Both the position numbers and the translations under genes were made by a program. A stretch of 64,000 nucleotides of DNA from Vicugna vicugna (Eukaryota): positions 7,282,407 to 7,346,406 of the forward strand of contig MU058584.1 in assembly GCA_013265495.1 (NCBI GenBank), read 5' to 3'. Positions 53,183-64,000 of the stretch are shown here, one piece after another (position 1 is the first letter of the stretch; the number at the start of each line of letters is the position of its first letter). The notes under the pieces are model-generated. The model did not search any database, had not been told where the DNA came from, and worked only from the letters and a program-made list of their open reading frames with translations.

Positions 53183-56100
53183 ATTTAAAACACGCTTAAG
53201 ACTTTGATTCACAAACATTATAGGATTTTATAGTGCTCAAGGGATATTAGTCTGAGCATCACTTATTATTGTACAACACTGGAAATAAATCATTTTGGTA
53301 TGGATTTATAGTAAAGATCTAATCTATAATGGTATACAATGTTACTGTCTTTTTTTTTCCCCCTAAAAAGGATGATGCAAAATTGGAAAAATATCCACTT
53401 ATTTACATTTTCTTGGTTCATAGGGTTTTACTTAGGTAAGAGTTTATTAAATAGATAATATACAGCAGAGATATATGAATGGGTTGGTGAACATCTCAGA
53501 AATAGAAGAATTAACCATTAGAAAAAGTGTTAAACTTGGTAATATGATGAATTTAAATGTCTTATAAAGGAGAATTTTAGGAAGTGAATTTTTGCAGCCC
53601 ATACTTTATTATTGAAGCCAATTTTTTAAAGACTTTAATAAGTACTTATGAGAGGTTATTTCAAAATTTAAAATTCATGATATATCCTTATTCAGTGATG
53701 GAGGAGTATAAGGAGTTGATGGTAGAAGCAAAGAAAACGAGCTGGTAGAGGTTGGATTGGTGGCCTAAAAGTTTTTTTTTTTCTTTTCTTTTTTTTTTAT
53801 GGTTAGAAAACTACCACAAAGTACATTTCTAAAATAATTTTCATCTTCATCTTGTTCTGAAACAAGGGCCAAGATTGGGAACAATGGGAGTTATAAGGGG
53901 AATACTCTGCTGTCAATCTTATCCAGTTTATTTCTCATTTGAGATACTGTGTTTTGCATCTCTAGAAGTTCAATTTGCATTTTCAAAGAATATTTTTCAT
54001 TTCCCTCCTCATTAACTTCATGGTTTATTCAGTCTTCTTGAACATATAGAATACCTCTTTGTAATTTCTGTTTCTGTTCCTCTTGTGAATTTCATGTTGT
54101 GCTGGATATTGTTTAGTAATTTTGGACTTTGTTCTGATGTGAGTTAACAGGCATCCACCTGATCTCTTAGAGGCTTGCTTTTGAAATTCATCAGGGTGGC
54201 TCCAGAGCAGCCTCTAGTCAAGGGTAAACTTGACCTCATTATTGACTCTACTTCAAGTCTCAGGTACTAGTAGTCATTTCCACTCGTGCATTGGAATACC
54301 AGCTACCCCATGCTTTTTGTGAGCCCTGGGTATTATTCCTGTTACTTCTATGCTCTAGTGGTTCTTCCCTCCAGCCGTAGTACTGTCCTTACATGCATTC
54401 ACTGATCAGTACTAAGGAGACTTGTCTGCGAGTCTCTGGAATGTTATTTCACCCCACAAAATTCTAGCTGCCTTACCCCCTTGAACTCTGGATTCTGTTT
54501 TTTCATCTTTCTGAGACCACTAAGGTCTGTTGGGGTTCTCCCTGTCTGTGCTGTGGCGTTGACATCCTCTCCAGGCAATGAACTGGAAGAGTGGAAGTGC
54601 TCACCTTGTTCATTTCCCTTCTGTCAAGAGTTACTGTCTCGATTGCCTCTTGTCCATTGTCTGAACATTGCCCTTTCATGTATTTGATCATATTTTCTAA
54701 TTGTTTAAGGTGGGAGAGTAAATCTGACTTCTGACACTCTATCATGGCTGGAAGTTTTCCCTTAACCGTTAGCTCTGTTTGTTTAGGGTCACCGTTGAGA
54801 TCACGTTGGTTTTCACTGCTCATGAAAACATTGCTGGGGTCGTTTTGGGGCATTGGTTCATGGCTCTGAGGAGATGAAAAAAACGTACAATTATACCTCC
54901 CAGATAAAGAGTTTCTCTCTAGCTGTTTCTCTCATTTGTCCTTGGTGTTTTGTTTTATTTTGTTTTGTTTTTTTGTAATATGTCTCACACTTGTAGCAGC
55001 TACCAAAGAAATACAGAATATCAAATGAGTGAGGCATTTTCTTCCAAGTTAAAAACACCAGGTTTGCTAAAATCTTGACGATGCGTCTGAGCTGCCTTAA
55101 GGATGTCAAATCAGATATTTTTAGGTAGCAGAGGGAATTTCTACCAGGCTGCAAGGTGGGTGCTTCAGCAGAGGCTTTGAATTGAGAAAGGACTTGGATT
55201 TATAGTTGTCATGTTTGGAACCTCTCCTTAAAATAGACTCTGCAGATGGCTACAACTAATATGACTGTGCCTGCCAGGGGAGAGATCAACCTTAGAAGAG
55301 TTTTTTCAGGACTGTTTATTGGTACTTGCTTTATCATCTCTTGGCTGTTGAAAAGACTATCTTCTAAGGACTAATGGCAGGAATAATAGGGAAAGCTAAA
55401 TTAGTTCACAAGGCCTCTCCTTGCTCTAAGGATTGCACATCTACCTGAAATAGAAAGCCTTGCTTCAATTATTCTAACTAGAGTGCGAGTTAAATGTTAG
55501 ACAATACCAAGACTGAGAGCCTTACAAGGGTAATTGTTTAAAGGTGTAAACATCCTGTAAATGTATGGTTCAGATCTATAATTTTAAGTTAACATTACTT
55601 TAACTAAATACTTTAAACTAAGAAAGAGGTTATTAGAGAGATAAGAAAGATAAGAGCTCCAGACTTAAGAGCAATCTTGTGTAGGCTCTTGATACCTGGG
55701 GTTCTCACCTGTGTATTTCCAGGATTGAGGAAGATTAGGGGAGCGATGCTAAACTAATGTTGCTGACTTGAAGCTGGCTAGATAATAAAGTAGTTGTGAA
55801 TTTGTGATGAGTGTGTGCATGAACTTGCTCAATACTATGCAGTCCAGTGAAACATCCATTATATGTCCATTTCAGGTGGGGGTGGCAGTGGTGGGATTAC
55901 CATGCAATGACATCTATCAGAAGTGAGACAAAAGGAACAGGGGGCAGATATCTGTTACTCTGATGGCAGCATGGTGGTAGACAGGCAGGCTTTGTGGTTC
56001 CTGTGGAACAGGGGGCTGAATTTGGACTGAGGCTTCATTTCTTCTCCTTATGACTCTAGCCTTATCCTCAGCTCCAAAAGAGTTGTAATTGATAGGACTT

Positions 56101-58093
56101 TGGTGTATGTGTCTGCTATTCTGTCCTTCAGTTCATCTCTTATGGCAGGTTTTGTGTGTATGTGTTTGGGAAAGGGGTATGCGTTATTCACCCAAGGCTT
56201 CTAATTTGACTGGGCTTAGATATTTTTACTCATAGTTTAAGTGTTTTTAATTTCCTTATAGCAGGTTGAGAAAAATTTCACAGCAAGTACTGGAGCTCTT
56301 TTATTTGACTTTACTTTCAAAAGCTTATGATGATAATTTTATGTATATTAATAACAATAACTTTCCTTAGTGTTTATGTAGAATTTCAAAATTTATCTAA
56401 GATAAAATTATGAAGTAGTTCAGCAAATTAAATTTGTTTCCTTTGGCCCAGCCTGTCATATCTACATTCATTTTTACTCCTTATGTTATCTTGTCTCTTC
56501 CAGGTGCCTGAGTTTTCGTATCCTATTAACACCTGGAAAGCCTTTCCAGGAGCATCTGATAAGTTCATTTACACTCAGATACAAGTAACTGATACAGTTG
56601 AAAGTGTCAATATCCCAAAAGTCTTTACATTTTAACAGAAAAAAAGTGAGAAGCCTTACATTATAGAAATTAATCTCTTACTAGTGGAGTTTTTGTTTAT
56701 TTGTTTTTTATTTTGTGGGGGCTTTTTCCAGCTCTTAAAACCACCCCAGCTAGGTGGCTACAGTTAAGCTTCTGCCCAAGGTTAGCACCTTAAAGGTAAT
56801 TCCATCTTCAGTTAGTTCAGAGTGCTTTATAAATTATGTCTAATCCTTAAAACATTCTACTTGTAGTGAACAGACAGCATCTTAATCTGTTTGACAGGTG
56901 ATGAAACAAATACAACACTTCAGAAAAGTAAAATAATGTGTTTGAAAATACTTGGAAAAGTGTTAATGTATTATGCAAGCATACATTTTTATTGGTAAAT
57001 TCTCTTCAGCCCTGACAAATTAAGCAGTCTCCCTAAATTTTTAATCAAGGTGCTAATTTATAATGGATAAGGAAAGTAGGAGAAGTAAATACTGAGAAGT
57101 TTTAAGAATGAGCTGGGTTAAGAACTCTGATACTTCTTTGAGTGTCTAAGTTAAACCATCATTTTTGTTTTTTTTAGGGTTCTGGCTATTTAGGCATGAA
57201 AGAGTAGTAAGATAGACTGTCAAATGACCAATGCCAAAGTGAAAATGTCCACTTATATATAAAAGTTCACATCTAAATGAGCTTCTCATTGATCTGATCA
57301 CTTTTAGCGGGAAAAAGGAAGACAGCTCTCCTCTGATAACATGGGAAACTGAAGGAAGTGCTGCCAAGGGAAGTAGCTGCTACCTGTTCCTGGTTCTCCC
57401 GGGACCCCTGCTAACATACTTCCTCCAACAGATGAGTTTCCTGAAGGAGCCAAATTCCTAAATGGTGATCTGACCAAAACACTACATAATGCACATGGTT
57501 AAAACAGAATCCAGATAGAGGAAGCACTAAGGTCAAGATTTGTAAACTACAACTAAATTATGAAAATGATTCTACTTCCTGGTATTCACACAGTCAAGAG
57601 CTCTGAAAAAATGCAGCATTATGTGACTTCCTCAACTATGTAATCTGTTTAGGCATATTGGTTAGGAAGTGAAAATATAGCCACCTCACTTAGATTTTAT
57701 CTGATTTTTTTTATATTAAAGAGGATATTCATATTTATTATGATATTTTCAAAAGAGAAAAGCATCAAAGTTACTAAAAACCCAACTCATGTTATTTTTT
57801 GTAGTTAAAAGGAAATCTCAAGAATTTACTATTTCATGAAATACAGCTGCCCCAATTGTCAAATGATATTAACATGGGAAGTTGTAGAATATATTTAAAA
57901 TATTGTAAGATATTACTAATTTTACCAGACATAGAAGCACATTATCCTACCCATATTTACTCCTAGTTTTAGCTAAACGTGTGACTGGAAATGTTAGATG
58001 TGGTTCTTCACCCAGGGGCAAAGACCAATAGTTTACCAAGGGTGGAATGGGGAGGGGGGAACTGCCAGCGAAAGTATAAGGAGGGATGGCAAA

Positions 58094-59228
58094 GAAACAC
58101 ATGCAGAGATGCTCAACATCATTGGTTGCTAGGGAAATGGAAATTAAAACCAGAAGGAGATATCAATGTGTACCTATTAGAATGTCTAAAATTAGAAAGA
58201 CTGGCCATGCATAGTGTTGAGTAGGATGTAGAGGAATTGGAACTCTCATGCTCTGGTGGTGTCTAATGTAAATGGCACAACCACTTTGGAAAACAGTTTG
58301 CCACTTTCTTTAAAAGTTAAACATAAACCTACCTAATATGACCCGTCAATCCACTCCTAAGTATTTACCCAAGAGAAATTGATGTGTCTGTCTTTACAAA
58401 GACTTGTACACAAATAGCCAAAAAAAAAAAAAAAAAAGAAATAACCTAAATTAGGTTCATCAGCAGGTGAAGGATAGACAAATTGTGGAACATCCATACA
58501 ATGGGAAACAACTCAGTAGTGAAAGAGGATGAACAATGGGTACACTCAGCAACTTGGATGAATCTCAGAATAATTATGCAGGGTGAAAAAAACCAGACCG
58601 AAACAGTACATATTGTATGATTCTAAAATTCTGGAAAATGGAGACTAATCTATAGTGACAGAAAGCACATCAGTAGTTTTGGGGGGAAGGTGGACAGATG
58701 GAAGGGATTACAAAGTGGCATGAAGAAACTTTTGGGGAGATGGATGTGTTCTTTATCTTGATAATAGGGATGGTTTCACAGGTGTATACCTGTGTGAAAG
58801 CATCAAATTGTATACTATAAATATATGGGACTTACTATAATGACTAATTTTATGTCATCCTTACTGGGCTAAGGGATGCCTAGATAACTGGTAAAACATT
58901 ATTTCTGGGTGTGTCTGTGAGAGTGTCTCCCTAAGAGAGAAGATTGGCATTTGAACTGATCGGTTGAGTAAAGGAAATTGCCCTCCCCAGTGTGTGTGGG
59001 CCTTCCTCCTTTCCCTGCATCTCTCAGGCCTTGGGGCTTCCTGCATCTACACCACCAGCTGTCCTGGGCCTCCAGCTTGCAAATGGGACTTCTCAGCCTC
59101 CATAATTGTGTGAGCCAATCCCTCATAATACATTTCTTTCTACATATCTGTATCTTACTGGTTCTATTTCTCTGAAGAATCTTGACTAATACAGTTTTAT
59201 ATCAGTTGTACCTCAAAGCTGTGAAAAT
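58094..59228 (+). mobile_element. Old LINE-1 3' end (L1MB/MC-like) interrupted by an MLT2 LTR
   Basis: gatgctcaacatcatt...accactttggaaaacagtttg...gtatttacccaagagaaat...atggatgtgttc; the terminal tacctcaaagctgtgaaaa resumes after the LTR. Confidence 0.8.
58836..59193 (+). mobile_element. MLT2 (ERVL) solo LTR
   Basis: taattttatgtc...ctgggctaagggatgcctagataactggtaaaacattatttctgggtgtgtctgtgag...ttctcagcctccataattgtgtgagccaat...gactaataca matches both MLT2 ends. Confidence 0.88.
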
Positions 59229-61365
59229 ACTGTGTCCATCTACCCAACTGCCCTGACTTTGTGGCTTAGTCGTGTACAGAAAGTGCTGCTTATTTTGGGG
59301 GTGGGGGGGAAGGAAGGAATGCCATGCTGTCCTGCTCATGCTTTGGTTTCTGTGCTCTCTGTTTCCCAAAAATGTTAGATGATAAACATCATGTGACTAA
59401 TCACACACATACTTTCCTAAGGTTAAATTGTCTTTAAGGTATTATAAGCTCTACTAGTGCCATGTTTGCTGAGTCCTTAGCTCAAACAATGAGACTTGGT
59501 GGCTGCTTTACTGGATCATTACATGATCCTGGTGATTGAATTTCCCTCTTGTGTTTTTACTTAAAATATGATGGCTACCTTGATAGAACTCATATTTTAA
59601 TCTCAAGGTGGGCAGATCCTGTATCTCCATCTCTTTTGACGAATGTAGGACTTGGTGCCTCCTTGGTTACAAATGGTGAAGTATTGAAATAGAAACCAAA
59701 GCTTGAAATGTTTTACATAGAATGCTTTGCATTATAAAAGCCTTGTCATCTATTTGCCTTTCTGTTCGCACAGTGTGCTTATTTTTGGCAAAAGCATTGT
59801 GATTCTCGGAAGCTTTAATTTATTTGTGAAGAAGTGTATTTCTGAATAATCATATTTCTGAAGAGGCAGATTTTCTGCTTAGGCAGCAAAACTTGGTGTG
59901 AGAAAATGGTATTGCTGACTTACTGTGTGACCTTGGCCGATGCATGGCCTTTGGGTCTTCAGTTTTCTGTTCTTTGAAATATATGTGGTGTCCTAAGCAT
60001 GGTACTCTAAGCTGACATCATGACTCCCTGTGCAGCAGTTTCTCAGCATATTCTCTTTCATTGTTGTAGGTTGTGCTTTCTTCACTCAGAAAAGGTCTTC
60101 CCTTTCTCATACATCGTGTTGTACTGAACAGGGATGGCTTGGGTGGTAATGGCACTGATGCCTAACTAGAAAGATGACATTAAAATAATTAAAAACTTGA
60201 TGTTCTCTGAAAGTATAGAAGAATCAAGATTTTCATGCTTATTTAGAAGGTTAAAAAGTATATTCTTTGCTCCTCATGTCAACCAGAACTATTTGTTCAT
60301 TTAACATATCACCAGATACTTCTCGTACAGTTTTCCCAGTACTGGCAAGGCCTGGTGAGCACATGGTTCAGGTAAAGCCATAGCGTCTATACTGGGGAGA
60401 CCTGGGACAGAATTAACAATTCAGTGATGAGCTGTGCAGTTGTGACTCTCAGTTCAAGGAATGGAGTTCAAATTTGGTTTGAGTCATTAGAGAAAGTGCT
60501 GTGATCTGATCTGATATATGCTTCAGGTAAATGGAGAGTAAACTAGGGGGTGTAAGTGGGGAGACAATTAGGGTGGGATATGTAGGAGACAGTGAACCAA
60601 CCTCTCCTTTCATGTTGCTGATGAGGCTGACTTGGTGATTTGGAAACTTAGTAGAGAATTTTGGAATTTTGTGGATAAAGACAGAAAGCCATTGTAGATT
60701 TCTTAGCGGGGAAATACACGTGGAAAAGTTTTAAGAATCCTATCTAGAAGATTACAACATTGCTAGCTCAAGTGGCAGAGGTGTTGACGAGGCAGTGGGC
60801 AATTATTTTACCTAAAATGATAATTATTTAGGATTGCTTAGGTTCCTAGATATTAATATTTCTCCCCAAAGCCTTTAAAGCTTGGTTCTATCTTTTCAGT
60901 CTCATTTGCTTTTGTGTTGGTCAGTCAGCCCTCTGTTTTAGCAACAGTGAGTAGGCACGGCATTTCTCAGGGTGTCCTGTTTGGTTGGGATTCCTTCTGT
61001 CATCCTCTCTTTCTAATGCGTTTCTGTTTTGTTGTGGGCTTCAGCTCTGGATGCCACCTCTTCTGTAACTCTTCTCAACATCCTCCTTCACTTAATTATT
61101 CTCGCTTTTTTTTTTTTATATTCCACAGCACTTTACATGGATGGCTCTAAGTAGACTGATCACAATGATCTGTATCTTGGTGTTTATCAGACTCTCTTAT
61201 CCAGTAATCAGCGAACTTCTTGAGGGCAGAGGCCATTAGTACGTGTATGCCTAGCACCTAAGTGTAGCTCTGGTAAAATGACAGGCTTTGTTTAAATGCT
61301 TCTTGAATGAATGAATGGGTCCCTCTCCATCTCCACCAAATGCTGAATCTGAAGTCTTGTGAGAT

Positions 61366-62687
61366 CCTGCCCAGTATAAACTTTAGTGGGTAAAAATACA
61401 GGTGAAGTTCATATTCCATGAAAATTTAATGACATGAAATTAGTACGTGAAACTTAAATAAATAGATCTGTAAATTTATTGGCTAATTTGAAGAGAGTTA
61501 TTTTACAATGTGAATCATCAAATACCTTACTTAGTTACTTCTTTGCTGCTGTAGAAAGCAAGGGCGTTTCTGTGACTGGAACTGTAATACACCCCTGTGT
61601 TTTCAAATGGTGATTCTTTTCTCTTAGGGAGTTATGATTTCTGTTTCTTATCATTGATAGCACTGATTTTACTGCCAGTGTATGAATAAAACTCTCCTTT
61701 TCACTTTATTTTATTCTCTCATTCAGAGAGGTAGCTGTTATGGCTTTGGGTAAGAAATGGCTGATGATTCTAGGCATTTACATTATAGTCTTTTGTTTTT
61801 TTTGGAGAGAAGGTTTTCAGAGATGTAAAACATTTCAAATTCCAATTAAATAAAAATTGCCATATAAGATAAGAGATGGTCTGCTTAGCCTCACAGATAG
61901 AAAGAGCAAACTAATGGTTACCAGGGGGTTGGCGGGGAGGCAATAAAGAGGTGAGAGAGTGGGAGGTACAAATGCTGGGTGTAAAGTTGCCTCAAGGATG
62001 TATTGCACAGTATGGGGAATATAGCACCTGCCCAGTATAAACTTTAGTGGGTAAAAATACAGGTGAAGTTCATATTCCATGAAAATTTAATGACATGAAA
62101 TTAGTACGTGAAACTTAAATAAATAGATCTGTAAATTTATTGGCTAATTTGAAGAGAGTTATTTTACAATGTGAATCATCAAATACCTTACTTAGTTACT
62201 TCTTTGCTGCTGTAGAAAGCAAGGGCGTTTCTGTGACTGGAACTGTAATACACCCCTGTGTTTTCAAATGGTGATTCTTTTCTCTTAGGGAGTTATGATT
62301 TCTGTTTCTTATCATTGATAGCACTGATTTTACTGCCAGTGTATGAATAAAACTCTCCTTTTCACTTTATTTTATTCTCTCATTCAGAGAGGTAGCTGTT
62401 ATGGCTTTGGGTAAGAAATGGCTGATGATTCTAGGCATTTACATTATAGTCTTTTGTTTTTTTTTGGAGAGAAGGTTTTCAGAGATGTAAAACATTTCAA
62501 ATTCCAATTAAATAAAAATTGCCATATAAGATAAGAGATGGTCTGCTTAGCCTCACAGATAGAAAGAGCAAACTAATGGTTACCAGGGGGTTGGCGGGGA
62601 GGCAATAAAGAGGTGAGAGAGTGGGAGGTACAAATGCTGGGTGTAAAGTTGCCTCAAGGATGTATTGCACAGTATGGGGAATATAGC
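61366..62687. repeat. Near-perfect 660-bp tandem duplication (61366-62025 / 62027-62687)
   Basis: Line-by-line comparison shows identity except a T8 versus T9 homopolymer; a single A at the junction (62026). Confidence 0.98.
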
Positions 62688-62755
62688 CAGCATTTTGTAA
62701 TAACTGTAAATGAAAAGTAACTTAAAATTGTATAAAAATAGAAAATTTAAAAAAG
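62549..62755 (+). mobile_element. Short LINE-1 3'UTR insertion (partial copy at 61887-62025)
   Basis: ctcacagatagaaagagcaaactaatggttaccag...gggaatatagcca..attttgtaataactgtaaatg. 15-bp TSD agagatggtct(g/t)ctt at 62534-62548 / 62756-62770. Confidence 0.88.
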
Positions 62756-64000
62756 AGAGATGGTCTTCTTGTTTAGTCTATATTAGTTGAAGATACCTAG
62801 AGGACTGATGTGTTTGTGCCTTCACACTCACATCTAGTTGCTGAAGATGTATTTCTTTCAAACATCATATCCTAGCTGACTATTATAGTTGCTATTATCT
62901 GCAGATCACAAATTTGGCTGTTACTTTCCCCCTTGTAATTAATGCCATATTTACACTTTCAATTATGATAATTATTTATGGGTTTAAAAGTGTAGGCAAA
63001 TTATCTTGCACTTTCAATGATACCAGTTATCTGAGCTTCACATAGATGAAAATTACGGGGAGGTATTCAATACACTCTATGCTCAACTCTTTATTTTATT
63101 TAAATACCTTTCTGCTTCCTTGTTTTTCTTAAATTTTAACTCTAGGAATAAATAATAATAGCCAGCAATGATGCCAAGAAGTACTAGCTTTGAAAGCAAT
63201 GTCTTCAGAATAGAAAGCATTAAGTCCCCTTTAAGCTTTCATTTTAATTTTCTTTAGGAAAGTATGGGCTTTGGGGTTGGAGTTCCTCATTATTATGGAT
63301 ATTAGCCTTTTTCATATATTCTGGTTTGTCAGGAAAGCTGACAAAGCCTGATATCCCAAACTGCATGTAATACACGTGGGCTCACGCAGCATGTAACTGA
63401 GAGGGATGGTTGCCCCTCATGTTCTGGATAGTAACCTGCAATTAATGCAGTCTTAGATCACAATAGTTTGGGGGCAGATAAATTTTATTATTGATTTATA
63501 TTGAACTTGCAGTCCACTGTAACTGCCAATTTTTTCCCTTTTTTGTATTTTACTTGCATCTTTTTCTTATGGACTTAAGAACAGGAATTTAAATTTATTA
63601 TGATGGTAAATGTCTTTTGTTAAATTTCGCTGATGATCCTAGCCTATTGAGATAATTTTCAGTCCTGACTCTCTCTTCCAGTTTGGTTACAGTTTCTCCT
63701 TTGTGGTTGTAATAAGCTTATCATCTAACCTTCCCCAAATCACTGCGGGGAGCAGTGCTTCTCAGATCAGGGACTGGGACCTTAGGCAGTAGCCAGAGAC
63801 CTTGTTCCCCTCACACATTTCTTAACCATCTTTGACTTCTGGGTCCCTAGTATTATTCCTGGATGACAAAAATAGAAAATAAAAATCCTCTTAGGATAGC
63901 AAAGTGACTGTCAACCCTCTTAAATCACTTGGCTGCTTATGGTCAAAATGCATTTCCCTCTGGGGGCAGTGACATTTTATATCTGATCACCTTTCATTTC

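Larger units (their letters stand above)
40214..64000 (+). other. DNM3: DNM3 intron 2 (5' part; exon 3 not reached)
   Basis: Starts gtaatg. No EYAEFLHCKGKK-coding exon 3 found downstream in the window. Confidence 0.85.

Noticed and set aside
1..64000. DNM3OS / miR-199a-2 / miR-214 cluster
   Set aside because: These lie in a much later DNM3 intron; I did not see the mature miRNA sequences in this window.
1..64000. CRISPR array, operon or other prokaryote-type novel system
   Set aside because: The sequence is mammalian intron; there is no repeat-spacer array or gene cluster.

Overview
This is mammalian genomic DNA, almost certainly camelid judging by two tRNA-Ala-derived camelid-type SINEs. 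The window lies inside the dynamin-3 gene (DNM3, + strand). The only coding sequence I can support is the 74-bp exon 2 at 40140-40213 ([26 protein letters not shown], GTPase switch I/G2 region). About 40 kb of intron 1 lies upstream and about 24 kb of intron 2 downstream. The introns are full of repeats: several 5'-truncated LINE-1s with readable target-site duplications (TSDs), L2/MIR relics, MaLR/ERVL LTRs and hAT MITEs. Apart from the DNM3 exon, the ORF track is chance ORFs or decayed repeat sequence. I see no evidence for a new multi-gene system. The most notable structures are: a candidate recursive-splice or poison exon in intron 1; an inverted (twin-priming-like) L1 carrying a short polyadenylated LTR-like retro-insert; two tandem duplications (315 and 660 bp) that each span a transposon insertion junction; a single unmatched A at three duplication junctions; and an old 110-bp duplication at 1200-bp spacing. 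Repeat family names come from my recall of consensus sequences and need RepeatMasker/Dfam confirmation.
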